Notes: generated by a model not told the origin, from the sequence alone. A stretch of 64,000 bases of DNA from Coriobacteriaceae bacterium (GCA_963617165.1 CAVEOF010000001.1:3006-67005); one strand, 5' to 3'; positions 1 through 10,071 are shown, counted from the first letter of the stretch. Program-made: numbers and translations.

Positions 1-120
1 GGAAGAACAAACGCCCTCTGCCTGCCACGTCGTGTCCGCGTCCACATCGCCGTACTCCAGAATTCGGAGAGAAAAGCTGTTCATATGCGCCAAAAGCTCG
101 GGGTTCTTATAGATCTCCAT
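1..120 (-). CDS. 5' end of a gene running off the window (first 40 codons MEIYKNPELLAHMNSFSLRILEYGDVDADTTWQAEGVCSS); possibly a cupin/AraC-type regulator
   Basis: ATG at 118-120 with AAGGAG 4 nt upstream. The frame stays open to the window edge and the gene is divergent from the fucosidase gene. The function is a guess. Confidence 0.4.
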   Translation of the reverse strand, partial: MEIYKNPELLAHMNSFSLRILEYGDVDADTTWQAEGVCSS

Positions 121-319
121 ACGGCTCCTTTCCGATTTTCGGATTTCTCCATCCCGCTTGTGTAAAAATCCATGTTCACCGAGCGAAATATCGAGTATAA
201 TTAGAGTGACATGACGGATTTCTTCATGTGTTACCAGTATATCACACTCGGAAAGAAAAATCAAGCACGGAATTTTGCCCCGCGGATGCGGCGGCACGCA
301 AGACGAAAGGAGCGATACG

Positions 320-1639
320 ATGTCCTTATATCAGAGAAGAAAAACGCCCGGCAATACCGATTGGTTCGTTCACGACCGTTTCGGTATGTTCCTTCATTTC
401 GGTCTGTACGCGCTTCCCGCGCGTCACGAATGGGTCAAGACGCGGGAGAAGACGAAGGACGAGGTGTACGACAGGTATTTTCGCCATTTCAACCCCGATC
501 TCTTCGATGCGAGAGAATGGGCGAGGCGTGCCAAGGCGGCGGGGATGAAATACGCCGTACTGACGACGAAGCACCACGAGGGATTCTGCCTCTTCGACAG
601 CGCGTACACCGACTACAAGATCACGAACACCCCCTTCGGGCGCGATCTTGTGAAGGAATACGCCGACGCCTTCCGTGCGGAGGGATTGAAGGTCGGGTTC
701 TACTATTCCCTGCTCGACTGGCATCACCCCGACTACACGATCGACCACAATCACCCGCTCCGTGACGAGCCGAACGCTGAGGAGCTGAACCGCGGGCGCG
801 ATATGAAGAAATACGCCGAATACATGCGTGGTCAGGTGCGCGAGCTTCTGACGAATTACGGGAAGATCGACATCCTCTGGTTCGACTTCTCCTTCGGGCG
901 GCAAGCGTCCGACCCCGCATGGATGCGCGGCAAGGGGAAGGACGACTGGGAGGCGGAGAAGCTGATCGCACTCGCCCGCTCGCTCTGCCCGGATCTCATC
1001 ATCGACAACCGTGCGGGCATCGAGCAGGATCTGTGGACGCCCGAGCAATACCAACCGACCGAATGGCTTCGCCATAAGGAGACGGGCGAGCTTGTCACAT
1101 GGGAGGCGTGTCAGACGTTTTCCGGCTCATGGGGCTACTATCGCGACGAGATGACGTGGAAGTCGCCCGAACAGCTCGTCAAAATGCTGATCACAACCGT
1201 TTCCTGTGGAGGGAATCTCCTCATGAACGTTGGTCCGACGGCGCGCGGCACCTTTGACGAGCGGGCAAATGCCGCACTCACCGTTTACGGAGACTGGATG
1301 AAGCTCAACGGGCGTTCGATCTACGGGTGCACAATGGCGGAGCCCTCCCTGCTTCCGACGATGCCGAAGTCCTGCCGCTATACCGAGAGCGAGGACGGAG
1401 AGCGGCTCTACATCCACGTATTCGACTATCCGTATATTTTCCTCGAGGTGCGCGGGCTGGCGGGACGCGTGGAGTACGCGCAGTTCTTACACGACGGCAG
1501 TGAGATCCGCTTCACGGAGGGGAGCGTCTCCCATTTTTCGGAGGGACGCACGGAGAGTGCGGATCTTCTCGTTTTCGAGCTTCCCGTCGTGAAGCCGAAC
1601 GTGGTGGTTCCCGTGATCGAAGTGTTCTTAAAACGTTGA
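320..1639 (+). CDS. alpha-L-fucosidase, GH29 family
   Basis: The ORF 275..1639 contains GH29-like motifs (FGMFLHFGLYA, TTKHHEGFCLFDS, DILWFDF). I start it at ATG 320, which has AAAGGAG 7 nt upstream. Confidence 0.85.
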   Translation: MSLYQRRKTPGNTDWFVHDRFGMFLHFGLYALPARHEWVKTREKTKDEVYDRYFRHFNPDLFDAREWARRAKAAGMKYAVLTTKHHEGFCLFDSAYTDYKITNTPFGRDLVKEYADAFRAEGLKVGFYYSLLDWHHPDYTIDHNHPLRDEPNAEELNRGRDMKKYAEYMRGQVRELLTNYGKIDILWFDFSFGRQASDPAWMRGKGKDDWEAEKLIALARSLCPDLIIDNRAGIEQDLWTPEQYQPTEWLRHKETGELVTWEACQTFSGSWGYYRDEMTWKSPEQLVKMLITTVSCGGNLLMNVGPTARGTFDERANAALTVYGDWMKLNGRSIYGCTMAEPSLLPTMPKSCRYTESEDGERLYIHVFDYPYIFLEVRGLAGRVEYAQFLHDGSEIRFTEGSVSHFSEGRTESADLLVFELPVVKPNVVVPVIEVFLKR

Positions 1640-1702
1640 TTTTGAAAAGAATTCTTTACAAATACGAGAGAAAGGCGGCGGTATGCCGTAGGATCTTTTG
1701 AC

Positions 1703-2323
1703 ATGCCTGTGTTTTCGTGGATTGGCGAGATTTTCGGTGTGATCGCCATTTTTGAAAATATTTTTGTCTTTCTCGCGGCAAAGCGGGAGAACATTCTGAA
1801 GCTGCGTTGTCTGTCCGACCTGCTTTGGATCGTCTCCTTCCTTTGCCTCGGGGGATATACCGCGGCGGTACTGAATGCCGTCGACGCGCTCGCGACGGTC
1901 GTCTTCTCCTACCGCGAGAGGTGCAAAAAGCTCGACCGCGCCGTGGTTCCCGCCTTCTTTATTCTGTTGAGCCTGTTTTCACCGATTGCCGAGTGGGTCG
2001 CGGGCGGCTTCTCTATCCGCCCCCTGCTCTGCGCGGCGGGCAGCACGCTGATGCTCCTCGCCCTGTGGCAAAAGAAGACGAACCTGACGCGTTATATCGC
2101 CGTATTCAGCGACGCACTGTGGCTCGTCTATTCCCTTTTGGTGCCGAGCATCTCGGGCGCGGTCTGTAACGCGGTGCTGATCGTTTCGACGGTCGTCGGC
2201 ATGATCCGCTCCCGTCTCAAGGAGAAAAAGGACAGGCAGAGCGAAAACAATACGAAGGACGGCGGGAATTCCTCCGACAGCGACCGGAAGGAAGAGGCAG
2301 AGGTCGCCCGACGCAGTTTCTGA
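1703..2323 (+). CDS. small multi-pass membrane protein, YgjV-like, with a charged C-terminal tail
   Basis: 206-aa ORF with about 5 hydrophobic helices whose layout resembles the YgjV inner-membrane family. The RBS is weak. Confidence 0.5.
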   Translation: MPVFSWIGEIFGVIAIFENIFVFLAAKRENILKLRCLSDLLWIVSFLCLGGYTAAVLNAVDALATVVFSYRERCKKLDRAVVPAFFILLSLFSPIAEWVAGGFSIRPLLCAAGSTLMLLALWQKKTNLTRYIAVFSDALWLVYSLLVPSISGAVCNAVLIVSTVVGMIRSRLKEKKDRQSENNTKDGGNSSDSDRKEEAEVARRSF

Positions 2324-2336
2324 CGAATATCCCTTT

Positions 2337-2576
2337 TTATCCATCGAGTGCTTTTCCGCAAGCGATCGGAGGTGTTCCCTCAAACTTTCGAGAGCTTTTT
2401 CGCAAACTGTCGTGAGCTGTTCCGCAAGCTATCGGGAGCGTTCCTAAAAACTGTCGAGAGCCTTCTCTCAAACGATCGGGAGCGTTTCTACAAGCTATCG
2501 GGAGTTTCTCTCAAATGATCGGAAGCTTTCCCTCAGAGCATCGGAAGCCTCCCTCAAACGATCGGGCGTTTTCCCG
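2337..2576. repeat. tandem array of 11 degenerate 21-22-bp units, consensus CAAACKATCGGGAGCKTTYCCT
   Basis: I read the units off directly at 2337, 2359, 2381, 2403, 2425, 2447, 2469, 2491, 2512, 2534 and 2555. They are contiguous with no spacers. Confidence 0.85.
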
Positions 2577-2582
2577 AGACAT

Positions 2583-2620
2583 AAAAAAGCCCACCGCCTG
2601 TTGGCAGTGGGATTTTTGCG
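2583..2620. terminator. bidirectional intrinsic terminator (ends rplQ on the minus strand and the YgjV-like transcript on the plus strand)
   Basis: Stem CCCACCGCC / GGCAGTGGG (2590-2611) with an A-run on one side and a T-run on the other. Confidence 0.7.
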
Positions 2621-2631
2621 TTTTTCGCGAA

Positions 2632-2997
2632 TTACTTCGCGGCTTCTTCGGTGGGCTGTGCGACCGCAACGAGCTTTACGATTGCCATTTCGGCACCGTC
2701 GCCGCGGCGGGGTCCCATCTTCAGAACCTGCGTATAGCCGCCGTTTACGTTTGCATAAGCGGGAGCGATCACGCTGAAGGTCTTCTTTGCCACGTCTTCC
2801 TTCGTGATGAAGGTGAGGGCTTTACGGTAAGCGGCGAGGCCGCCCTTCTTACCGAGTGTAATCATTTCATCCGCTTTTGCGGAGACTTCCTGTGCTCTTG
2901 TATAGGTAGTCTCGACCTTGCCTCTTTCGAGAAGGAGAGTCACCATACCACGAAGCATTGCTTTACGCTGTGCTGTGGTTCTTCCGAGCTTTCTCAT
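2632..2997 (-). CDS. rplQ: 50S ribosomal protein L17
   Basis: MRKLGRTTAQRKAMLRGM... is a typical L17 N-terminus, it is the last gene of the alpha operon, and GGAGG lies upstream. Confidence 0.95.
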   Translation of the reverse strand: MRKLGRTTAQRKAMLRGMVTLLLERGKVETTYTRAQEVSAKADEMITLGKKGGLAAYRKALTFITKEDVAKKTFSVIAPAYANVNGGYTQVLKMGPRRGDGAEMAIVKLVAVAQPTEEAAK

Positions 2998-3016
2998 CTG
3001 TTTTTCCTCCTGTTTC

Positions 3017-3994
3017 TTATTCTTCGACTTTCTTCAGATCGAGACCCAAAGAATGCAACTTGAGAATGACTTCTTCAAGCGATTTACGACCGAGGTTACG
3101 CACCTTGATCATATCCTCTTCCGTACGGTTGATCAAATCCTCCACGGTGTCTATGCCCGCACGCTTCAAGCAGTTGAAGCTGCGCACAGACAGATCAAGT
3201 TCCTCAATGGTCATCTCAAGGACTTTCTCCTTCTTCACCTCGGCACGCTCGACCATGATCTCGGCCTTCTTCGCCTCGTCGGACATGTCGATGAAGAGTT
3301 TAAGGTGTTCATTGAGAACCTTGGCTGCAAGAGAGATCGCTTCTTTCGCCGTAATGGTTCCGTTGGTCCGGATCCGCATGGTCAGCTTGTCGTAGTCGGT
3401 GATGTTCCCTACACGCGTATTCTCAACGCTGTATTCCACCTTGTAAACGGGAGTGAAGATCGAATCGACGAAGATCAATCCGATGGGAGCGCCGACGTTG
3501 GCGCCGACATTTTGCAGGTAGATCTGCTTGTTGGCGTCGGAGGAAACATAGCCTCTTCCTTCGTCAAAGGTGATCTCCATGTAAAAACGCGCATTTTCGC
3601 TGACGGTGCAGATGTGATGGGAGGGATTCAGAATCTTTACCTCCGCATCGGGGGTAATGCTACCCGCAGTCACCTCGCAGGGACCCGTAACGTCAATGAC
3701 AACGGTCTTCGGACATTCGCCTTCCAGCTTCGCAACGATACCCTTGACATTCAGAACGATCTCGGGGACGTCTTCCTTGACGCCGTTGCACGCGGAAATC
3801 TCATGAAGAACACCGTCGATCTTGATGCTCGTCGCCGCATAACCGGGCAATGTCGAGAGAAGAATTCTTCTCAGGGGATTGCCGAGCGTATTGCCGTAGC
3901 CGCGCACAAGAGGTTCTACCACGAAGACCGCTTCGGTACCGTCGGCGTTCATGTCCGTCGCGGTAATATTGAATTTCTCTATTGCGTTCATCAT
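3017..3994 (-). CDS. rpoA: DNA-directed RNA polymerase subunit alpha
   Basis: 325 aa with an alpha NTD/CTD pattern (LRRILLS..., C-terminal [18 protein letters not shown] helix-hairpin-helix). It sits between rpsD and rplQ. Confidence 0.95.
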   Translation of the reverse strand: MMNAIEKFNITATDMNADGTEAVFVVEPLVRGYGNTLGNPLRRILLSTLPGYAATSIKIDGVLHEISACNGVKEDVPEIVLNVKGIVAKLEGECPKTVVIDVTGPCEVTAGSITPDAEVKILNPSHHICTVSENARFYMEITFDEGRGYVSSDANKQIYLQNVGANVGAPIGLIFVDSIFTPVYKVEYSVENTRVGNITDYDKLTMRIRTNGTITAKEAISLAAKVLNEHLKLFIDMSDEAKKAEIMVERAEVKKEKVLEMTIEELDLSVRSFNCLKRAGIDTVEDLINRTEEDMIKVRNLGRKSLEEVILKLHSLGLDLKKVEE

Positions 3995-4116
3995 TGTTCT
4001 ATTCCTCCTTGTTTTGTATTGCAGATGGTATTCTCTTTCGAGAATCGTGGATCACGAATACGGAGAAGAAAGCAATCGGGGATACCGCTCGCTTTTCTTC
4101 ACACATATCGGAGGGA

Positions 4117-4743
4117 TTACTTGGAATAGAGCTCGACAATCAGCTGTTCGTCGATTTCGAAGTCGATATCGTCTCTTGCGGGCATGGACACGACCTTCGC
4201 CGTCAGGTTCTGGGGGTCTCTGTCAAGCCACTTCGGAGTTGCCTTCGATGCGAGAGCCTCGGCAAGCGCCTTGATCTTCGCGTTCTCTTTGCTCTTCTCC
4301 TTCACGGCGATAACGTCACCCGGCTTCACGAGCATCGAGGGGATGGATACCTTCTTGCCGTTGAGGGTGAAGTGAGCGTGAAGAACGAGCTGACGCGCTT
4401 CCTTTCTCGACTCCGCCATACCCATTCTGTATACGACGTTGTCAAGGCGTCTTTCAAGAAGGACAAGGAGGTTGGTACCCGTGATGCCTTCCATGTTCTC
4501 CGCCATGTCGTAGTAGTGACGGAACTGCTTCTCAAGCACGCCGTAGTAGCGTCTTGCCTTCTGCTTTTCGCGAAGGTGCTTTCCGTATTCACCGACCTTC
4601 TTGCGGGCGGCTCCGTGCTGACCCGGTGCCGTGCTTCTGTGATCGAATGCGCACTTGCCGCTCGTGCAACGCTCACCCTTCAGGTAGAGCTTGCAACCTT
4701 CTCTGCGGCACTGTTTGCAGTTAGGACCTGTATATCTTGCCAT
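4117..4743 (-). CDS. rpsD: 30S ribosomal protein S4
   Basis: [16 protein letters not shown]... with a zinc-knuckle-type N-terminus, in the alpha operon position. Confidence 0.95.
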   Translation of the reverse strand: MARYTGPNCKQCRREGCKLYLKGERCTSGKCAFDHRSTAPGQHGAARKKVGEYGKHLREKQKARRYYGVLEKQFRHYYDMAENMEGITGTNLLVLLERRLDNVVYRMGMAESRKEARQLVLHAHFTLNGKKVSIPSMLVKPGDVIAVKEKSKENAKIKALAEALASKATPKWLDRDPQNLTAKVVSMPARDDIDFEIDEQLIVELYSK

Positions 4744-4765
4744 TTTAACTTTACCTCCCCTAAGA

Positions 4766-5161
4766 TTAAACGCGTCTGCGCTTCGGAGGGCGACAACCGT
4801 TGTGAGGAATCGGTGTCACGTCCTTAATCATCGTGATCTCAAGACCTGCGGTGGCGAGTGCACGGATCGCCGACTCGCGTCCGGCTCCGGGACCTCTGAC
4901 GAGAACCTCGACCGTCTTCATGCCGTGATCTGCCGCGGCTCTTGCCGCCTTCTCTGCGGCGGTCTGTGCGGCGTAGGGCGTCGACTTCTTCGAGCCCTTG
5001 AAGCCCATTTCACCCGAGGTGCCCCACGAGATCACGTTGCCCTGCATGTCGGTGATCGTGACAAGCGTATTGTTGAAGGTGGAGCGGATATGCGCTACGC
5101 CACGCTCGACATTTTTGCGCTCACGACGCTTTTTCACAACTTTTTTTGCTACTGCTGCCAT
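4766..5161 (-). CDS. rpsK: 30S ribosomal protein S11
   Basis: [18 protein letters not shown]... is an S11 signature. Confidence 0.95.
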   Translation of the reverse strand: MAAVAKKVVKKRRERKNVERGVAHIRSTFNNTLVTITDMQGNVISWGTSGEMGFKGSKKSTPYAAQTAAEKAARAAADHGMKTVEVLVRGPGAGRESAIRALATAGLEITMIKDVTPIPHNGCRPPKRRRV

Positions 5162-5173
5162 GTCGAAATCTCC

Positions 5174-5542
5174 TTACTTCTTCTTGTTCGCGATGGTCTT
5201 TGCGGGACCTTTTCTTGTTCTTGCATTCGTCTTGGTGCGCTGTCCTCTCACGGGAAGTCCCTTTCTGTGGCGGATTCCGCGATAGCAGTTGATCTCGACG
5301 AGTCTCTTGATGTTCAGTGCCACTTCACGGCGGAGGTCACCCTCGACATGATAGTTGGCTTCGATCTCATCACGGAGGGACGCGATCTCAGCTTCGGTCA
5401 GGTCCTTCGCACGGGTGTCCGGGTTGATGCCGGTCTTCGCGAGAATGTCCTGCGAGCTTTTCAGTCCGATACCGTAGATGTAGGTGAGCGCGACTTCGAC
5501 GCGCTTGTTGTTTGGAATATCAACACCAGCTATACGAGCCAT
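5174..5542 (-). CDS. rpsM: 30S ribosomal protein S13
   Basis: [26 protein letters not shown] is an S13 signature. Confidence 0.95.
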   Translation of the reverse strand: MARIAGVDIPNNKRVEVALTYIYGIGLKSSQDILAKTGINPDTRAKDLTEAEIASLRDEIEANYHVEGDLRREVALNIKRLVEINCYRGIRHRKGLPVRGQRTKTNARTRKGPAKTIANKKK

Positions 5543-5599
5543 TTCGATATTTACTCCTTTTTTTAATGTGTGTCAAACGAATCGGAAACAAGTGCCGGA

Positions 5600-5713
5600 T
5601 CAACCCTGACGCTGTTTGTGCTTCGGGTTCTCACAAATGACCATGATCTTGCCATGTCTTTTGATGATCTTGCACTTTTCGCAAATTTTTTTGACGGAAG
5701 GCTTAACTTTCAT
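5600..5713 (-). CDS. rpmJ: 50S ribosomal protein L36 (Zn-binding C-C-C-H form)
   Basis: This gene is not in the ORF track. My hand translation gives [37 protein letters not shown], with ATG at 5711-5713 and TGA at 5600-5602. Confidence 0.9.
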   Translation of the reverse strand: MKVKPSVKKICEKCKIIKRHGKIMVICENPKHKQRQG

Positions 5714-5740
5714 TTTGATAACCTTACCTTTCGAAAATTA

Positions 5741-5962
5741 TTACTTCTTTCTCCAGGTGATACGCCCCTTCGTGATATCGTACGGCGATACCGCGACGGT
5801 GACCGTGTCTCCTACGAGAATTCGGATATAGTTCATGCGAAGCTTACCGGATATGGTAGCGGTCACGATGTGACCGTTCGGCAACTTGACTTTGAACACC
5901 GTGTTCGGCAGCACTTCGACCACCACACAGTCTTCAAATTCAATCAAATCGTCCTTTGGCAG
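5741..5962 (-). CDS. infA: translation initiation factor IF-1, probably with a CTG start
   Basis: The protein ...[48 protein letters not shown]... is colinear with IF-1. The SD AGGGAGGG ends at 5969. CTG at 5960-5962 aligns with Met1 of known IF-1, whereas the track's TTG start (5947) lies 21 nt from the SD. Confidence 0.8.
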   Translation of the reverse strand: MPKDDLIEFEDCVVVEVLPNTVFKVKLPNGHIVTATISGKLRMNYIRILVGDTVTVAVSPYDITKGRITWRKK

Positions 5963-5995
5963 AATAATCCCTCCCTTTTTATCGGTTAGAAACGT

Positions 5996-6754
5996 TTATT
6001 TTAACCCAACTTCGGTGAGCAGAACGGGGTCGGACTCGGTAATCAGCAATGAATTTTCATAATGCGCGGAAAGTTTCCCGTCCGCCGTGACGACCGTCCA
6101 TCCGTCCTTTTGTACTATGACATCCTCGGTACCTACGGTCACCATGGGTTCGATAGCGACCGTCATACCCGCATACAACCTCACGCCGTGCCCTGCGGTC
6201 CCGAAGTTCGGGATCTCGGGTTCCTCGTGAAGCTCGGCACCGACACCGTGTCCGACGTACTTCCGTACAACGCCGAAGCCATTTGAAATGACGAAACTTT
6301 CCACCGCGTGTCCGATGTCCCCGACGCGCCCGCCCGCTCTCGCGTAGCGGATCGCCTCATAGAAGCTCTGCTCTGTGACCGAGATAAGCCTCAGCGCCTC
6401 ATCGCTTACCTTGCCGACAGGGAATGTTCTCGCACTGTCGCCATTATAGCCGCGGTAGCGGGCGCCGACATCGACCTTCACGATATCCCCTTCGTGAAGA
6501 ATTTTCTTCTTCGAAGGAATTCCGTGTATGACCTCTTCGTTGACGGAGATACATGCGTTTCCCGGGAAGCCGCCGTATCCGTGAAAAGTGGGCGTCGCAC
6601 CGCATCGTTCGATGAAGCGACGCATCTTTTCATCAATTTCCCACGTGGAGATGCCGGGACGGATGAGATCGCGGGCGACGCAAAGCGACTCGCCGGTGAT
6701 CTGTCCCGCCTTCTTCATGAGGGCAATTTCCTCGGAGCTTTTGATAATGACCAT
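5996..6754 (-). CDS. map: type I methionine aminopeptidase
   Basis: 252 aa with Map motifs (HGIPS, DVGA..GY.GD, HGVG..LHE.P.I). It overlaps the adk stop in a TAATG arrangement. Confidence 0.9.
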   Translation of the reverse strand: MVIIKSSEEIALMKKAGQITGESLCVARDLIRPGISTWEIDEKMRRFIERCGATPTFHGYGGFPGNACISVNEEVIHGIPSKKKILHEGDIVKVDVGARYRGYNGDSARTFPVGKVSDEALRLISVTEQSFYEAIRYARAGGRVGDIGHAVESFVISNGFGVVRKYVGHGVGAELHEEPEIPNFGTAGHGVRLYAGMTVAIEPMVTVGTEDVIVQKDGWTVVTADGKLSAHYENSLLITESDPVLLTEVGLK

Positions 6755-7392
6755 TATGCTTTGACTCCGAGAGCTTTCATAGTACGCTCTGATATTTCAC
6801 CGACACTTCCGATGCCGTCAACGAGCTTCAGATTGCCTTTTTTGGCATAAAACTCTTTCAGCGGCTCGGTGGTGCTGTGATAGACCTCGAGACGGGAAAG
6901 AACGACCGAGGGGTCGTCGTCGGGACGAACGGAAAGCTCCGTTTGGCACTTATCACAGGTCGCACCGTCCTTTGAAGGATTGTGCCTGACGTGATACGAC
7001 GCGCCGCAGGAATTGCATACGCGTCTGCCCGACATTCTCTCTACGATCTCTTCGTCGGCGACCTCGATCGAGACCACCGCGTCCAAGGTCACGCCCATCG
7101 CGTCGAGTGCTTCTGCCTGCGGCACGGTGCGGGGAAATCCGTCAAGGATAAACCCGTGTGCGCAGTCCGATTCGGCAAGGCGCTCCTTGATGATCCCGAT
7201 CACGACGTCATCGGGGGCCAAGGCTCCCTGCTCAATAAATTTTTTGGCTTTCTGCCCCATTTCGGTGCCGGCCTTCAGTGCCGCACGGATGATCGCGCCC
7301 GTCGATATCGTAGGGATACCGAGCTTTTCGGCGAGGATCTCCGCCTGCGTACCTTTGCCCGCTCCGGGAGCGCCAAGAAAAATTATTTTCAT
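6754..7392 (-). CDS. adk: adenylate kinase (zinc-lid type)
   Basis: MKIIFLGAPGAGKGTQA P-loop, and a lid with CNSCG...CDKC. Confidence 0.95.
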   Translation of the reverse strand: MKIIFLGAPGAGKGTQAEILAEKLGIPTISTGAIIRAALKAGTEMGQKAKKFIEQGALAPDDVVIGIIKERLAESDCAHGFILDGFPRTVPQAEALDAMGVTLDAVVSIEVADEEIVERMSGRRVCNSCGASYHVRHNPSKDGATCDKCQTELSVRPDDDPSVVLSRLEVYHSTTEPLKEFYAKKGNLKLVDGIGSVGEISERTMKALGVKA

Positions 7393-7444
7393 TCTGTGAC
7401 CTTTCTTTCTTCTCTTCCCCCGCCCGAAGGCGGGGGATAGATCA

Positions 7445-8857
7445 TCAGTTCAAAAAGCCCTTATAGTTCCGCATGGTAAGCTGTGCTTCCAGCTCACGGA
7501 AGGTCTCGAGCACGACGCCGACGACGATCAGCAGTGTGGTACCGCCGAAGGTGAAGGAGTTCGCAAGGTTCGAGATACCCGACGCCGTGATGTCCGCACC
7601 GAGGATCCATGCAATCAGGGGACGCAGAATGTGAGGTCCTCCGATGATCGGAACGATCGCTACGATGGCAAGAAAGAGTGCACCGACAAACGTCACCTTG
7701 TTCAGGATCTTGCTGATGTACTGCGCGGTCGGTCTGCCCTGGCGGATGCCGGGGATCGCGCCGCCCTGCTTTTTCAGGTTGTTTGCCACCTCAACGGGGT
7801 TGAAGGTGATCTGCGTGTAGAAGTAAGTGAAGCCGATGATCATGATACCGAAGATCAGCGGGTAGAACCAGCCGTCGGCACCGAGGAAGTCGTAAAGACG
7901 GTTCCAGAAGGTCGCCTTGTCTTCACCGACACTTGCCACGCTCTTCACCTGACAAAGGGCAAGGATCGTGGGAAGGAGGGAGACGATCGAACTCGCGAAG
8001 ATAACGGGCATAACGCCTGTCATATTGAGCTTGATCGGGAGGTTCGAGCTCTGTCCGCCGTACATCTTTCTACCGACGACCTTCTTCGCATACTGGACGG
8101 GGATCCGTCTCTCCGAGCCCGTCACCCAAATGACGAACACGGTCATAGCCACCGTGATCGCGATGAGGAAGAAGGCGAAGAGGAAGGCACCGATGACACG
8201 GACGACCACGGGGTCCTCGGTGTTAAAGGCGCTGATAACGAAGAGCACGAGGTAGTAGACCTTCGACGGAAGCTCCGAGACGATGTTCGCGAACAGGATC
8301 AGGGAGATACCGTTTCCGATTCCCTTATCGTTGATCCTCTCGGCGAGCCACATGATGAGGGACGCGCCCGCACAGTAGCACGCGATGATCACGATAGCGA
8401 AGAGCCACGGAACACTGCTTTCGGTTGCGAGATTGGAAAGGGCGCTGTTCGTACCGTCGCCGGTCTTCAGAAGGAAGTAGTAACCGATCGCGGTCACGAG
8501 AGCCAAAACGACCGTCGTGATCCTCGTGATCATGTTCATGACCTTCTTACCCGACTCGTCCTTCGACAGTTCCCCGAGCTTCGGGAACGCGACGGCAAGC
8601 AGCTGGATGATAATGGATGCATTGATGTACGGAGAGACGCCAAGTGCAAACAGCGTTGCCTGTCCGAGAGCGCCGCCCGACAAGGTGTTCATATAGCCGA
8701 GAATGGTTCCGCCAAACTGGCTCGTAAAGTTATGGGCATCGACAAAAGGAACAGGTATCACCGTACCGATGCGGTACAAGAGGAGAATGAGAAGAGTAAA
8801 AAGAATCTTACTTTTGATTTCCTTGGTGTGCCATGCGTTCTTTAATGTCTGAAGCAT
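7445..8857 (-). CDS. secY: preprotein translocase subunit SecY
   Basis: 470-aa polytopic protein with ...LFALGVSPYINASII..., located between rplO and adk. Confidence 0.95.
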   Translation of the reverse strand: MLQTLKNAWHTKEIKSKILFTLLILLLYRIGTVIPVPFVDAHNFTSQFGGTILGYMNTLSGGALGQATLFALGVSPYINASIIIQLLAVAFPKLGELSKDESGKKVMNMITRITTVVLALVTAIGYYFLLKTGDGTNSALSNLATESSVPWLFAIVIIACYCAGASLIMWLAERINDKGIGNGISLILFANIVSELPSKVYYLVLFVISAFNTEDPVVVRVIGAFLFAFFLIAITVAMTVFVIWVTGSERRIPVQYAKKVVGRKMYGGQSSNLPIKLNMTGVMPVIFASSIVSLLPTILALCQVKSVASVGEDKATFWNRLYDFLGADGWFYPLIFGIMIIGFTYFYTQITFNPVEVANNLKKQGGAIPGIRQGRPTAQYISKILNKVTFVGALFLAIVAIVPIIGGPHILRPLIAWILGADITASGISNLANSFTFGGTTLLIVVGVVLETFRELEAQLTMRNYKGFLN

Positions 8858-9298
8858 TTATACCACCTCGGTCTTTCCACCGACTGCCTCGATCTTTTCC
8901 TTCGCGGACGCCGAGAAAACGGCTGCCTTGACAGTAAGTTTCTTTGTAAGCTCTCCTTCTCCGAGTACTTTGACTCCGTCAAGAACGGTGCTGACCGCGC
9001 CGCACGCCAGAAGGGCGTCTGCGTCGACCACTGCGCCGTCCTCAAACCGATTCAATGCGCTGACATTGACGACGGTATATGCTTTTGCGAATTTGTTGTT
9101 GAAGCCTCTCTTCGGAAGCTTTCTGTAAAGCGGAAGCTGTCCGCCTTCAAACCCCGGTCTGACACCGCCGCCCGAACGTGCGTTCTGACCCTTGTGTCCC
9201 TTACCGGCGGTCTTTCCGTTTCCGGAACCTGTGCCTCTGCCCTTGCGGAAGCCTTCCTTCACGGAACCTTCGGCAGGGGAAAGTGTATGGAGCTTCAT
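8858..9298 (-). CDS. rplO: 50S ribosomal protein L15
   Basis: [31 protein letters not shown] use the internal ATG at 9296-9298 because the upstream ATG-AAAGGAGG is itself the SD. Confidence 0.9.
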   Translation of the reverse strand: MKLHTLSPAEGSVKEGFRKGRGTGSGNGKTAGKGHKGQNARSGGGVRPGFEGGQLPLYRKLPKRGFNNKFAKAYTVVNVSALNRFEDGAVVDADALLACGAVSTVLDGVKVLGEGELTKKLTVKAAVFSASAKEKIEAVGGKTEVV

Positions 9299-9322
9299 TG
9301 ATTTTCCTCCTTTCAATTCCGA

Positions 9323-9502
9323 TTAAACGGTCTCTACCTTAACAAGGTGAGAGATGACTTTGATTTTTCCCTCGACGGCAGCGTTCTTTTCGAGCGTGAT
9401 GCTGTCACCGGGCTTTGCGAGACCGAGAGATCTCGCGGTCGCGATCTGATTTTTCTTGCAGGCAATGAGGCTTTTCGTGAGGGTAAGCTTTACGTTTTCC
9501 AT
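9323..9502 (-). CDS. rpmD: 50S ribosomal protein L30
   Basis: This gene is not in the ORF track. My hand translation gives MENVKLTLTKSLIACKKNQIATARSLGLAKPGDSITLEKNAAVEGKIKVISHLVKVETV, with AAGGAGG upstream. Confidence 0.85.
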   Translation of the reverse strand: MENVKLTLTKSLIACKKNQIATARSLGLAKPGDSITLEKNAAVEGKIKVISHLVKVETV

Positions 9503-9515
9503 TCTTCACCCCTCC

Positions 9516-10019
9516 TTATGCCTTCACCGCTTCCGCGGAGAGTCCGCGAAGCTCGGCGATCTCTTCCGCCGTCTTCAGCGCGGCAAGTCCCTCGAAGGTA
9601 GCCTTGACTACGTTGGTGGGGTTTGTCGAGCGAAGGCACTTCGCACGGATGTTCTTGATGCCCGCGAGCGTTAGGATGGCGCGGACGGTACCGCCCGCGA
9701 TGATACCGGTACCGGGAGCGGCAGGCTTCAGAAGGACCTTGCCTGCGCCGTACTCGCCGATAACTTCGTGAGGAATGGTGGAACCGTTCACCGAGACGGT
9801 GATGAGGTTCTTCTTCGCGTCCTCGATTCCCTTGCGGATCGCATCGGGAACCTCAGCCGCCTTACCCAGTCCGTAGCCTACATGTCCGTTGCCGTCTCCG
9901 ACCACCATGATGGCGGCGAAGCGGGCGATACGTCCGCCCTTAACGGTCTTGGATACACGGTTCAGCACAACGAGCTGCTCTTGCAGATCCAGCTCATTGG
10001 CATTGATGATCTTTGCCAT
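9516..10019 (-). CDS. rpsE: 30S ribosomal protein S5
   Basis: [27 protein letters not shown] is an S5 signature. The start is moved to ATG 10019, downstream of GAAGGAG. Confidence 0.9.
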   Translation of the reverse strand: MAKIINANELDLQEQLVVLNRVSKTVKGGRIARFAAIMVVGDGNGHVGYGLGKAAEVPDAIRKGIEDAKKNLITVSVNGSTIPHEVIGEYGAGKVLLKPAAPGTGIIAGGTVRAILTLAGIKNIRAKCLRSTNPTNVVKATFEGLAALKTAEEIAELRGLSAEAVKA

Positions 10020-10071
10020 GTTTTTCTCCTTCAAATGTTTCTTTTTGTCGAAACAGCGTATAAACCGGAAA

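Noticed and set aside
2337-2576. Possible CRISPR array (regular ~22-bp periodicity).
   Set aside because: The units are contiguous with no unique spacers, the repeats are degenerate rather than near-identical, 22 bp is shorter than typical CRISPR repeats, and no cas genes are in the window.
7417-7436. GC hairpin CCCCCGCC-cgaa-GGCGGGGG between secY and adk, considered as a terminator.
   Set aside because: It has no U-tract on the mRNA strand, and adk, map and infA follow in the same operon. It is more likely a stability or processing hairpin, and there is too little evidence to call a feature.
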